A DNA stretch of 64,000 nucleotides from an uncultured Spirochaetaceae bacterium (GTDB lineage: Bacteria > Spirochaetota > Spirochaetia > DSM-16054 > Sediminispirochaetaceae): positions 44,959 to 108,958 of the forward strand of contig CAYFUX010000004.1 of the NCBI GenBank assembly GCA_964346455.1. Reading direction: 5' to 3'. This document shows, one piece after another, positions 1 through 9,478 of the stretch. Position numbers and translations under genes: made by a program. The notes beneath the pieces were generated by a model. It did not search any database and was not told where the DNA came from. It saw nothing but the letters and a program-made list of their open reading frames with translations. Each line of letters starts with the position of its first letter. The stretch's first letter is position 1.

Positions 1-273
1 AAAGTGAACAATGCCGTCCTCCGGGCCCAAGACATGGTGACCGAGTTGATGGTCTCGCTCGATTTTGAAAAGGGCGGTGAGGTAGCGCATAATCTCTTCA
101 GCCTTTACATGTACTTTAACCGTCAAATGATGCAGGCCAATATTGATAAAGACGCAGAGAGCCTCAAGACGATTCGTAGTCAGCTCGCGGAACTGAGGAG
201 CGCCTGGGATCAGATCATCAACAAGCAGAGCAGCAGTGGCGAAGGCTCCGGCGGCATCAATATTGCGGGCTGA
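1..273 (+). CDS. fliS: flagellar export chaperone FliS, C-terminal part (5' end lies outside the window)
   Basis: Open from the window edge in frame 1. HNLFSLYMYFNRQMMQANIDKD...LAELRSAWDQI resembles the C-terminal helices of FliS. Confidence 0.7.
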   Translation, partial: KVNNAVLRAQDMVTELMVSLDFEKGGEVAHNLFSLYMYFNRQMMQANIDKDAESLKTIRSQLAELRSAWDQIINKQSSSGEGSGGINIAG

Positions 274-299
274 CCGGTTCCCGCCGGAGGAGCTGAAGG

Positions 300-572
300 A
301 TGGACGGCGCACAGGAAAGGGACGGGGAACACCGAATCGCTTATCTTCAGCAGCGGGAGTGCATAATAGACAGTTATCTACGCGTTCTTGACCTCGAGGT
401 TGAGGACCTAGAGCGCGACGACGATGAGAGGCTCCGGAGCCACGCTAGGATGGAACGTGAGTTGGTACGGATGCTCGAAGAACTGACACGGAAGATCGAC
501 GAGCCTCCCCCAGAAAAGCGCATCTATGGTGCAGCGCTGTCCTTTACATCGATATACACACATGAACAGTAA
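300..572 (+). CDS. small acidic coiled-coil hypothetical protein downstream of fliS
   Basis: 90-aa ORF rich in charged heptad-like sequence (LDLEVEDLERDDDERLRSHARMERELVRMLEEL). Its end overlaps the likely polA start by 11 nt. No family recognised. Confidence 0.4.
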   Translation: MDGAQERDGEHRIAYLQQRECIIDSYLRVLDLEVEDLERDDDERLRSHARMERELVRMLEELTRKIDEPPPEKRIYGAALSFTSIYTHEQ

Positions 573-3285
573 ACAGCACGCAATGCTCTACATACTCGAC
601 GGCTACAGCTTAATCTATCGCTCCTACTTTGCATTTATCAATCGGCCGCTGACCAATCCGCAGGGGCAGAATGTATCGGCTTTCTTCGGCTTTTTCAGAA
701 CCTTACTTTCCTTCTTCCAGCAGTACGCCCCCGAGGAGTTTGTGGTCGTCATGGACTCCCGAACTCCAACCTTCCGACACGAGATGTTTCCAGAGTACAA
801 GGCAACCCGCGAGAAAGCTCCGCAGGACCTCCATGACCAGGTTCCGATGATCGAGGAGACCCTGCGGAAGATGAACATCGGGATTCTGCAGCGGGACGGG
901 TTTGAGGCGGACGATATAATTGCCACCCTGGCCCGCTCGCGGGAACGTGCCGGCGGCGAGTGCCGCATCATCACCGGCGACAAGGATTTGCTGCAACTGG
1001 TGAGCGACAACGTGGCGATGCTGCGTCCTGAGGGCGGTGACTATCGCCGGTTGGGTCCCCACGAGGTGGAGGAAGAGCTGGGGGTAGCCCCGGAACAGAT
1101 TATTGATTACCTCTCCCTCGTAGGGGACCAGGCGGACAATATTCCCGGGGTAAAGGGTATCGGCCCCAAAACGGCGGTGAAACTGCTGCGCACCTACAAG
1201 ACGCTCGAGGGTATCTATCGGCACCTTGATAAATGCAGCAAAGGCGAGCAGAAGAAACTGCAGGAGGGAAAGGAGAACGCCTTCCTCAGTAAGCGGCTGA
1301 TCGTACTCAAACCCCTGGAGAGCACGGAGGAGTGGGGAAAGGTGCTTTCTGCAAAGCGAATCGATCTTTCGGCGGCGGTTTCCGATTTTTTGGAACAGGG
1401 GGCAAAAAGCCTCGCAGAACAGGCGCAGGGTGGCAGCTTGAGTGATGAACAGCAGCGCTCGGCCTCTGCCGGCAGCGATACGGCCGACGGCTACGACGGC
1501 ACGGGCGTGTACGAAGCGGTGACCGATCACCGCCGGCTGCAGGAGGTGCTCCGGAAGGTGCACGAAACCGGTCGATGTGCCTTCGATGTAGAGACCGACA
1601 GCCTGGACGATATGACCGCCCGACCGGTCGGCTTCTGTATCTCCGTGGAGAAAGAAAAAGGGTGGTACATCCCGCTGGAGGCCGCCGGTACCCGATACTT
1701 TTCGGACGGAGAGCTGCGTGAAGCTCTTCGCCCTCTGCTGCAGGACGGATCGGTGGAGCTGATCGGCCATAACTTCAAATACGACTACAAAGTGCTCAGC
1801 CGCTGGGGGCTGCCCCCGGCACGGATTGCTTTTGACACGATGGTGGCTGCGTGGCTGCTGGACACGACTGCCAGCTCCTACGGCTTGGACGCGCTGGCGG
1901 AGAAGTGGCTGGGGTACCGGACTATTCGCTACAGCGATGTAGTGCCAAAGGGCGGCAGCTTTGCCGGAGTCCCTCTTGAGACTGCAAGGGATTATGCCGC
2001 CGAGGATGCCGACATCACCCTGCGACTGTGCGAGGTCTGCAGCGCCAGGCTTCCGGAAGAGGGGCAGGAAGCGCTCTTCCACGAGACCGAGGCTCCGCTG
2101 GTGCAGCTGCTGGCGGAGATGGAACTGCGGGGCATCCGGCTCCTTCCTGAAAGGCTCCGGGAGTACTCGGCAGAGTTGGAGAAGAGTCTGGAGGAGATCG
2201 AGCAGCGGGTCTGGAAGGAGTGCGGCCGGGAGTTTAATCTCAACTCCCCCAAGCAGCTGCAGGAAGTCCTGTTTGAAGAGCGCAAGCTGAAGCCGGTCAA
2301 AAAGACGAAAACCGGCTATTCCACCGATGTCGGTGTGCTGGAGGAGCTGGCTAAAGAGGACATAGTCCCTTCCCTGGTCCTGCAGCACCGCAGTATGCAG
2401 AAACTGAAATCCACCTATGTAGATACTCTTCCTGAGCTGGTGAATGCGGAAACCGGACGCGTTCACACACGGCTGGTGCAGACCGGCACCGCCACCGGTC
2501 GTTTGTCCAGCAGGGACCCGAACCTGCAGAACATTCCCATCCGGGAGGAGTCGGGGCGCCGTATCCGGCGGGCCTTTGTCCCGGATGAGGGGTACAAACT
2601 CGTGAGCGCCGACTACAGTCAAATAGAGCTGGTAGTCCTGGCTCACCTCTCCGGCGATCCGGCGCTTACCCGCGCATTCACGGAAGGGGAGGACGTGCAC
2701 CGCCACACCGGAGCGCTCATCTTTGGGGTGGAGCCGTCGGAGGTGAGCAGTGAGCAGCGCCGGATCGCCAAAACTATCAATTTCGGCGTCATGTACGGAA
2801 TGTCCGCCTTTCGCCTCTCCCGAGAGCTGGAGATTCCTCGGGCAAGAGCAGAGGAGTTTATCACCGCCTACTTCAACAAATACGCATATATTCAGCAGTT
2901 CATCACCGCCACCGTGCAGCAGGCGGAGCAGCAGGGCTACGTCTCTACTATGTACGGCCGCCGACGGCCGCTGCCGGGGATCAACAGCCGCAACCGGACA
3001 GAGAAGCAGGGTGCTGAACGCATTGCCGTCAATACACCCATTCAGGGGACAGCGGCGGATATCGTGAAGACGGCGATGCTGCGGATCGACCGCCGTATTC
3101 GAGAAGAGGAGTTGCCGCTGCGGATGCTGCTGCAGATCCATGACGAGCTTATTTTCGAGGCCCCCGCCGAGCGTGCTGACGAGCTGGCCAAACTTCTGCA
3201 GCATGAGATGGAACAGGCGGTCAGTCTCGATGCCCCCTTGAAAGTGAGTGTCGAGGTAGGCGACAGTTGGGGGGATTTCCACTGA
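562..3285 (+). CDS. polA: DNA polymerase I (5'-3' exonuclease, 3'-5' exonuclease-like and polymerase domains)
   Basis: N-terminus LYILDGYSLIYRSYFA. Polymerase motifs DYSQIELVVLAH, RRIAKTINFGVMYGMS and QIHDELIFE. Start chosen at ATG 562 (MNSKQH...) rather than the ORF-track start at 526. Confidence 0.95.
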   Translation: MNSKQHAMLYILDGYSLIYRSYFAFINRPLTNPQGQNVSAFFGFFRTLLSFFQQYAPEEFVVVMDSRTPTFRHEMFPEYKATREKAPQDLHDQVPMIEETLRKMNIGILQRDGFEADDIIATLARSRERAGGECRIITGDKDLLQLVSDNVAMLRPEGGDYRRLGPHEVEEELGVAPEQIIDYLSLVGDQADNIPGVKGIGPKTAVKLLRTYKTLEGIYRHLDKCSKGEQKKLQEGKENAFLSKRLIVLKPLESTEEWGKVLSAKRIDLSAAVSDFLEQGAKSLAEQAQGGSLSDEQQRSASAGSDTADGYDGTGVYEAVTDHRRLQEVLRKVHETGRCAFDVETDSLDDMTARPVGFCISVEKEKGWYIPLEAAGTRYFSDGELREALRPLLQDGSVELIGHNFKYDYKVLSRWGLPPARIAFDTMVAAWLLDTTASSYGLDALAEKWLGYRTIRYSDVVPKGGSFAGVPLETARDYAAEDADITLRLCEVCSARLPEEGQEALFHETEAPLVQLLAEMELRGIRLLPERLREYSAELEKSLEEIEQRVWKECGREFNLNSPKQLQEVLFEERKLKPVKKTKTGYSTDVGVLEELAKEDIVPSLVLQHRSMQKLKSTYVDTLPELVNAETGRVHTRLVQTGTATGRLSSRDPNLQNIPIREESGRRIRRAFVPDEGYKLVSADYSQIELVVLAHLSGDPALTRAFTEGEDVHRHTGALIFGVEPSEVSSEQRRIAKTINFGVMYGMSAFRLSRELEIPRARAEEFITAYFNKYAYIQQFITATVQQAEQQGYVSTMYGRRRPLPGINSRNRTEKQGAERIAVNTPIQGTAADIVKTAMLRIDRRIREEELPLRMLLQIHDELIFEAPAERADELAKLLQHEMEQAVSLDAPLKVSVEVGDSWGDFH

Positions 3286-3902
3286 GTTCTCGCACACCCG
3301 ATCATGGAACCACTCCACCGCCTGTCCTGGGATTGACGGGCCCGTACTGTGCCGGGAAGAACGTCGCGGCAGCGGTGTTCGAAAGGCGTCGGTGGGAGGT
3401 GATCGATGTGGATCGTCTCGGCCACCGCGTAGTTGATGAGAGTGCAGAGCGTATCGTTGCCGAGTTTGGTCGGCAGGTGGCTGGGGAGGATGGGGGAATC
3501 GACCGGCGGGCTCTGGGCGAGATCGTCTTTGCAGATACGCGCAGGCTGCGGAGGCTGGAGGCGATCGTGCATCCGGAAATGCGGCGTCGGGTAGCCGACC
3601 AAATTGCCGAGAGTTCGGCCCCGGGAGTATGTATCAACGCCGCCCTATTATTTCCTATGGAACTCCACCGCCACTGTTTGGCAGTTATTATGGTGAAGGC
3701 CCCTCTGTTCCTGCGTATGCGCAGGGCTCTACGGCGGGACGGGCTCTCGCTATGGCAGATTGCGCGGCGGTTTTTCCGGCAGCGGCAACTCTTTCCTAAA
3801 CAGTTGCTGAGGGATGTCGATATCTATAGTGTGAAGAACTCCGGAAGTCCCGAAGCACTCGAGACCAGGGTGGCGGAGTTGCTCGATTACTTCGAACGGT
3901 AG
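3267..3902 (+). CDS. coaE: dephospho-CoA kinase
   Basis: P-loop GLTGPYCAGKN, a central HPEMRRRV segment, and the classic position just after polA. The start is uncertain because the ORF overlaps the polA end. Confidence 0.8.
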   Translation: MGGFPLSSRTPDHGTTPPPVLGLTGPYCAGKNVAAAVFERRRWEVIDVDRLGHRVVDESAERIVAEFGRQVAGEDGGIDRRALGEIVFADTRRLRRLEAIVHPEMRRRVADQIAESSAPGVCINAALLFPMELHRHCLAVIMVKAPLFLRMRRALRRDGLSLWQIARRFFRQRQLFPKQLLRDVDIYSVKNSGSPEALETRVAELLDYFER

Positions 3903-3910
3903 GGTGAACG

Positions 3911-4705
3911 ATGGAACAGAAGAAAATATTGTGGATACTATTTGCGGTGACGCTTTTTTTCCTGGTGGTTGTGGGGGCCGGGTTCATCTGGTTCTATCCC
4001 GGGGCGCAGCAGCCGCAGGAACAGCAGGCTGCTGTTGATGGTCCTGGCGTAGGTCCTGAGGAAACCACGCCGAAACTGACGGAGACGCAGGCGGTTGAAG
4101 AAGAACAGGACTTTGATCCGATCGAATGGATGCGATCGTCCGAGAATTATCCGGGTTTGCGCGAGCCGCAGGAGTCGGCCGGGGAGAAAAAGGAGCAAGA
4201 GGAAAGTTTCATAGTAGTCTACGGCCAGGACGATTCGGGCGAGGATAGCGAGCAGGAGCCGCCGGTAGCTCCACAGCAGCAGGAGAAAGATTCCGCTAAA
4301 GAGGAGCGTCCTAGTACGGACCCTGCTCCACAGGAGAGCGTTTCCGACTCACAGACCGCCGCCAAAGAGGTTCCCGAGAAAAAGAAAAGGGAAGAGACGA
4401 CGCAGGAGCAAAAACGCTACGAGGGAACTGAGAAGACCATTCGTACCGTCGAGTATTGGATTCAAACCGGTTCCTACACCAGTAAAAGCCGCGCCGAGCA
4501 GGTACGAGATGAGCTGGAGAAGAAGGGCTTTACCAGCCGGATTACAGTGAAAGATGTTGAGGGTGAGCAGTATTTCCGGGTGCGAATCGGCCCCTATAAA
4601 CACGAACAAGAGGCGGAGAAATTTCTCAAATGGGTGAAGGAGATAGAGAAGTTCGAAAAGAGCTACGTTTCCCAGGTATACAGTGAGAAGAAGGTTGCCG
4701 ACTAA
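3911..4705 (+). CDS. SPOR domain-containing membrane protein
   Basis: N-terminal TM helix (ILWILFAVTLFFLVVVGAGFIWF), an acidic low-complexity linker, and a C-terminal SPOR-like fold (YWIQTGSYTSKSRAEQVRDELEKKGF...YFRVRIGPY). Confidence 0.8.
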   Translation: MEQKKILWILFAVTLFFLVVVGAGFIWFYPGAQQPQEQQAAVDGPGVGPEETTPKLTETQAVEEEQDFDPIEWMRSSENYPGLREPQESAGEKKEQEESFIVVYGQDDSGEDSEQEPPVAPQQQEKDSAKEERPSTDPAPQESVSDSQTAAKEVPEKKKREETTQEQKRYEGTEKTIRTVEYWIQTGSYTSKSRAEQVRDELEKKGFTSRITVKDVEGEQYFRVRIGPYKHEQEAEKFLKWVKEIEKFEKSYVSQVYSEKKVAD

Positions 4706-5771
4706 GCAGCCCCATCCGTTCAGCCGCATACAGCTCATTCGCAGGAAGGAGGATCTTCCTCCTTCCTTTGTTTTGTATCCCCGGGAGGAGCGCTTTTTTG
4801 AGCAGGACAGACCGGCCAGAGTCGGAGCTTTGCCCTTTTCAGTAACCGGATACTTCCTGGGACTGGTGGGGGAGAGGGAGGATGATCCGTTGCGGCGGCA
4901 GTGTATACCCACAGACCGGGAGTTCGAAACCCTCTCCTGGGAAGTTGAAGACCCCCTGGACGAAGAGCCGCGGCAGCCGGTGACCGACGTAATTCACCGG
5001 TACCACAACCGGGTGTTGCTGCGGGTAACTGACGAGTGCGCCCTGTATTGCCGTTACTGTTTTCGCCGTTTTTTCTCGGGGGGGCGCCGAGCTGCGCTTT
5101 CATCCGCAGAACTGCAGGAAGTTGCCGAGTATCTCAGGAGGCACCCGGAGGTCAAAGAGTGTATCCTCAGCGGCGGAGACCCGCTTACCCTGGGTGCGGA
5201 GCGGCTTGAAGAGCTGATGACGACACTGCGCAGTAGACGGCCCGATATTGTGGTGCGTATTGCAAGCCGCATCCCGGTAGTTGCGCCGCAGACGGTGGAT
5301 GGGTCGCTGGCGGAGATGCTGCGCCGCTTTGCCCCTCTTTTTGTGGTTACCCAGTTTAACCACAGCAGAGAAATAACCCGGGAGAGCGCTCGCGCGGCGG
5401 CCGTTCTTGTGGATGCCGGCATCCCGGTACTCAACCAGAGCGTTCTTCTGCGGGGCGTGAACGACAGTGCCGAGGAACTGGGACGGCTTTTCCAGGGTCT
5501 CGTCTCGCTGCGGATCAAACCCTACTATTTGTTTCAGGGCGACCTTGCCCGGGGGACGGCGCACTTCAGAGTTCCCCTCGGAGAGGGCTTGGCGCTGGTG
5601 GAGAAACTGCGGCGCAGCATTAGCGGCGTGGCGATGCCGGTCTACGCCCTTGATCTCCCCGGCGGCGGGGGGAAAATTCCGCTTACCGAGCAGTATCTGC
5701 TGGAAAAACGGAACGACGAGTATCTCTTTCGCTCTCCCGAGGGCGGCGTCTACCGCTATCCGGCGGAGTAG
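4683..5771 (+). CDS. epmB: KamA-family radical SAM lysine 2,3-aminomutase, probably the EF-P beta-lysylation enzyme EpmB
   Basis: Radical SAM CxxxCxxC motif (CALYCRYC). Also VLLRVTDEC, SGGDPL and a family-typical C-terminal block. Length is nearer EpmB than a full KamA. efp and epmA lie 5-6 kb away. GTG start is uncertain. Confidence 0.75.
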   Translation: MRRRLPTKQPHPFSRIQLIRRKEDLPPSFVLYPREERFFEQDRPARVGALPFSVTGYFLGLVGEREDDPLRRQCIPTDREFETLSWEVEDPLDEEPRQPVTDVIHRYHNRVLLRVTDECALYCRYCFRRFFSGGRRAALSSAELQEVAEYLRRHPEVKECILSGGDPLTLGAERLEELMTTLRSRRPDIVVRIASRIPVVAPQTVDGSLAEMLRRFAPLFVVTQFNHSREITRESARAAAVLVDAGIPVLNQSVLLRGVNDSAEELGRLFQGLVSLRIKPYYLFQGDLARGTAHFRVPLGEGLALVEKLRRSISGVAMPVYALDLPGGGGKIPLTEQYLLEKRNDEYLFRSPEGGVYRYPAE

Positions 5772-5779
5772 GGACGGCG

Positions 5780-6865
5780 CTATTGCGCGGAGCTCGAAAC
5801 ACGAATTTCCACTCTGCGGTTGAGACGCTGTTCATCGCGCTCCTCGGTAACCGGTTGTTTGCCCCCGTACCAGGTGATATTGGGCTTGTCTTCCGGATTC
5901 CAGCCGCTCCGCTGTAAATAACGGTATACTGCCCGCGCCCGATCGGCGGAGAGGCCCATACGGCCTTGTTCCGTTCCGTAGAGCGCGCAGTGACCGGCGA
6001 TCTCAACCCGCGTGGCCTGAATATTGCGCAGGGTTGGCACGAGCTCTCGGAGTTTCTCCTTTACGTTGTCGGTGAGGCGGGCACTGTCGGGAGGAAAGTA
6101 AACCGTCTTCTCTTGAGGGGCGGCGGCCGGCTTTTCGGTGTTCGGCGCCCCTCCGCGTTCCTCCGGCTTTTCAGCAGCCGCTTGGTCGGCAGCGGCGGAC
6201 TCGCGGTCGGCAGCTTCAGTGTCTTGGTCTGCCGCAGCGGCGCTTTCTTCCCCGCTTGCAGATTGCTCCTCCTGCTGAGCCGTTTCGTCGGGCGATGCGG
6301 CATCTTCCGTAGCAGCGTAGGATTGCTCCTCAGTAGACTCCTCAGCAGTCCCCTCAGTGCCGTTTTCCTCCCCGCCGTACGTGTCCCTTTGTTCTTCGCT
6401 TTGTTCTTCGGTTTTCTCCGGCTCGGGAGAGGGGCCCCCGGAAACAGCGGGGGAGAGACAACTGCGGGCGAGCAGGAAAGAGCCAAAGAGTACGACTGCT
6501 GCAGGAATGAGCAGTAAGAGCAGGTAGGGGCGGCGTGAACGGGGAAGGTACCGCCGCAGGGAGATTTCCGTGCCCCCGTAGCGGCTCCCGTCCACTTTGA
6601 TATCGACACGGAGGGTATGGCGCCCGTCAAAATCGCCGTGGAGCACGATGCGGGGTGCTCCCGCAGGCTTCTGAGGAAGAGGGTCTAGAGTAAAAGTATA
6701 GAGAAAGATCCGCTCCTCCCCACGCATGAGATAGAGATTAACCTCCGCCCGGCGCTGATTGTCGGCGAGAGTGGTGAGTTCCATCGAGCGTTTGCGCGCC
6801 TGGTCAAGCGGGAGAAAGCGGGCGTAACGTACGTGTTCAACTTCTACGGCACAATAATAGTTCAC
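5780..6865 (-). CDS. OmpA-family protein with an Hsp70 substrate-binding-like N-terminal domain
   Basis: C-terminal OmpA-like peptidoglycan-binding domain (VEIAGHCALYGTEQGRMGLSADRARAVYRYL...NRRVEIRV). It also has a central TM helix, an acidic linker and a DnaK-SBD-like N-terminus. Confidence 0.85.
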   Translation of the reverse strand: MNYYCAVEVEHVRYARFLPLDQARKRSMELTTLADNQRRAEVNLYLMRGEERIFLYTFTLDPLPQKPAGAPRIVLHGDFDGRHTLRVDIKVDGSRYGGTEISLRRYLPRSRRPYLLLLLIPAAVVLFGSFLLARSCLSPAVSGGPSPEPEKTEEQSEEQRDTYGGEENGTEGTAEESTEEQSYAATEDAASPDETAQQEEQSASGEESAAAADQDTEAADRESAAADQAAAEKPEERGGAPNTEKPAAAPQEKTVYFPPDSARLTDNVKEKLRELVPTLRNIQATRVEIAGHCALYGTEQGRMGLSADRARAVYRYLQRSGWNPEDKPNITWYGGKQPVTEERDEQRLNRRVEIRVSSSAQ

Positions 6866-7034
6866 ACTAGATAGTGTAACCTTTTATGTAGCTCGGTCAA
6901 GCAAAAATATATAAAGACCTCGGCTTTTCAAAAGAAGATCTTTGAACTGTCAGAGCCAGTTCACCATGCGGGGTACGGGCAGTCAGAAAGAGGTATTCAC
7001 CGGCAGCTATGCTCCCGCAGCTATCCTCTTGCAG

Positions 7035-7862
7035 CTACTCTCCCGGATAGGTAAGGAGCCGCCGCAGAGCCTCTCCCGCTTCGCCTGCGGTGGCACGGAT
7101 AAACACATCGGTTATATCATCGGTATACAGCGACTTGTTGGGGTTGACCTCGATGATAGTCGCCCGATTTTGTGCGGCGGTGTGGGGGACCATGGCCGCC
7201 GGGTAGACCTCACCGGTGGTGCCGATCAGCAGCATACAGTCGGTTTGCTCGGAGATTTCCTGTGACCTGCGCAGGGCTTCCGGTGGAATCGATTCGCCGA
7301 AAAAAATAAAATCCGGTTTGAGCACTCCGCCGCAGGAGCAGCGGGGGATATCGGGCTCGAGCAACTCTTCCCCTACGTCGTACCGAGCGCCGCAGGAGAT
7401 GCAGGTCAGCTGACGGGAGCTGCCGTGGTACTCGATCACATTGCGGCTGCCGGCGCGGTGATGGAGCATGTCGATATTCTGTGTGATGAGTCCTTTGAGA
7501 AGCCCCTGCTGCTCGAGTTCGGCGAGAAGCAGATGGGCCGCATTGGGTTCTGCCTTACCAAAGAAGGAGTAGAAGATTTCCTTGATCACGGGCCAGCTCT
7601 CGCCGGGATTTTGATAGAAGTAGCCCAATTCCAAAATGGAGGGGTCATATTTACTCCAGAGGCCATTTTCTCCCCGGAAGGGTGGAATCCCGCTCTCCAC
7701 GGAGATCCCCGCACCGGTAAAGGCGCTGAGAAAGGAAGAGCGGCGCATAATCTCTGCCGCATTTTCGATTTGTTCCTGGAAATTTGCTTCGTGGGTATAG
7801 CTGCTGCTCATATCAACTCTATCGTAACAAGGACCGCTATAGCCCTGCAAGCTCTTTTTCAC
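7035..7862 (-). CDS. cobB: Sir2-family NAD-dependent protein deacylase
   Basis: GAGISVESGIPPFRG, ITQNIDMLHHRAG and zinc-ribbon cysteines CISCG...CSCGG. An alternative start exists at 7811. Confidence 0.9.
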   Translation of the reverse strand: MKKSLQGYSGPCYDRVDMSSSYTHEANFQEQIENAAEIMRRSSFLSAFTGAGISVESGIPPFRGENGLWSKYDPSILELGYFYQNPGESWPVIKEIFYSFFGKAEPNAAHLLLAELEQQGLLKGLITQNIDMLHHRAGSRNVIEYHGSSRQLTCISCGARYDVGEELLEPDIPRCSCGGVLKPDFIFFGESIPPEALRRSQEISEQTDCMLLIGTTGEVYPAAMVPHTAAQNRATIIEVNPNKSLYTDDITDVFIRATAGEAGEALRRLLTYPGE

Positions 7863-7937
7863 CGGCGTGTTGTGTTGGGGGATATTTCAATGCCGGGGTT
7901 TGAATAAGCAGGCGGCAGCTGGTAAATACAAAATAGG

Positions 7938-8730
7938 ATGGAAAATCTGGAGACACTGCTGGAAACACTTTTCTTTACCCCCTTACGATCGGCACCCTAC
8001 ATCTGCCGTTCACCCTCTTTACTCTAGAGATCGAGTTCATAGTGCCGACGGCGGGGGCTATTTTTGCTGACGGTCCTGAGTTTGGCGGGGAGACTACTGG
8101 GAGCCAAGATTTTTGAGTATCTGCGGGCCTTTGGCAGTGTGCTGAACCACCCTTTGGTAAAAACCGGCAATACCAGCATTACCTTTGTTACACTTATATT
8201 TGCGATACCCGTTTTTTACCTCGCCTCCTGGGCCGGCAAAGCGTCCAGAGGCCTGATACGCCACTCCGTGTTCTCCCGAATGGGGCTGGACGAGGCGCAG
8301 CAGTTCTCTCTCATGAGCCTGGTGCGCTATACGGTAATGGTGCTTGTCTTGCTGGTGGGACTGCCGGTTATCGGGATAGACCTGTTGGCCTTAACCGTCA
8401 TCTTCGGCGTCCTTGGTATCGGTCTGGGCTTCGGGCTGCAGAGTGTGGTGGCCAACGTTTTTTTCCGGGTTGATCATTATCATCACACTCCTTTAACGAC
8501 ACGTCGATCGTGATCTGCAATGATATCGGGGTTTCGTATTCCAGCGACGTGGATCGAGTGTTGGAAGTGCTCAATGAAGTGGCCTACCGCAATCCGTATC
8601 GTATGCAGGGGCGGGAACCTATAGTGCGTTTTAAGGAGTTTGGCGGGCGCTGCGGCGGGAGAAGATCGAGGTGCCCTTTCCCCAGCGGGATCTCCACGTA
8701 CGTTCCGAATGGCCGTCCTCGAGCCCCTAA
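7938..8730 (+). pseudogene. decayed MscS-family mechanosensitive channel gene (frameshifts plus internal deletions)
   Basis: The MscS signature is spread over three frames. These are the pore-helix region GIGLGFGLQSVVANVFF then FSGLIII (frameshift at the T-run near 8461), IGVSYSSDVDRVLEVLNEVA...VRFKEFG, and the terminal IEVPFPQRDLHV. The segments between them are far too short for the family. Confidence 0.75.
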
Positions 8731-8925
8731 TCTGCCGGTGAAGGCGATGAAGGCGATGACATGGCTGAAAGTGATGACAGAAATGAAGGCTGTGAATAGT
8801 AAGAGGAACAAGTGTAGGTAAAAGCAGACAGCATGGGGTTGTCGAGGCACGGCACATCTGGACCTTTGTTGGACCCGTTCACAAGAGGGCGGAGCTGCTT
8901 ACAGAGCTCAAAGCTCGTTGCAGAG

Positions 8926-9393
8926 CTAATGTTCGACTGAAGAGGGGGCGTTTGCCTTCTGCACCGTGCAGGTTGGATATTGCTCGTTCAGAATGTCTTC
9001 AAGCGTTACGGTGCTGAAATAGCGATCAAACACGTCGTACGTATGCTCCCAAAACTCGTGGACGTGACAGATGTTTTTGCGGTCGCAGGGCTCTTCAAGA
9101 TCGTTCTCGTCCTTGGTGCAGGGGGCAAAATGGACCTCTTCGCCGACGGCTTGAAAGATGTCGGAGACCGAAACCTCGCTCAATGTACGATTGAGCCTAA
9201 ATCCTCCCCCGGGGCCGCGGGTGGAGCTGATAATCCCGGCCTTACGGAGACGGAAAAAGATTTGCTCGAGAAACTCGGCGGAGATGTCTTCGGTTTCGGA
9301 GAGCACGCGAATAGAGATAGGTTTCCCGTTTTCGTCCATCGCGAGCCGAAGAACCGCTCGTAAAGCATAGCGTCCCTTTGTTGTTACTCTCAT
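8926..9393 (-). CDS. Rrf2-family transcriptional regulator (IscR-like, probable Fe-S ligand cysteines)
   Basis: MRVTTKGRYALRAVLRLA and a winged helix (ISAEFLEQIFFRLRKAGIISSTRGPGGGFRL). C-terminal Cys/His cluster CTKDENDLEEPCDRKNICHVH. Start set at ATG 9393. Confidence 0.9.
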   Translation of the reverse strand: MRVTTKGRYALRAVLRLAMDENGKPISIRVLSETEDISAEFLEQIFFRLRKAGIISSTRGPGGGFRLNRTLSEVSVSDIFQAVGEEVHFAPCTKDENDLEEPCDRKNICHVHEFWEHTYDVFDRYFSTVTLEDILNEQYPTCTVQKANAPSSVEH

Positions 9394-9478
9394 AGCCTTA
9401 TATCCTATTAAAAAGATTATTTGATACTCTACTATATCGTATACTGGAAAAATTGTAAAACAATGGTGTCTACAAAAC

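Noticed and set aside
703-3318. 871-aa ORF on the minus strand spanning almost all of polA
   Set aside because: It is antisense to a gene with unmistakable DNA polymerase I motifs. The translated product is Arg/Gly/Pro/Leu-rich with no recognisable domain, which is the typical shadow ORF of GC-rich DNA.
8064-8821. Treating 8064-8513 and 8510-8821 as two separate small genes
   Set aside because: Both carry consecutive pieces of one MscS domain series, so they are better explained as fragments of a single pseudogene.
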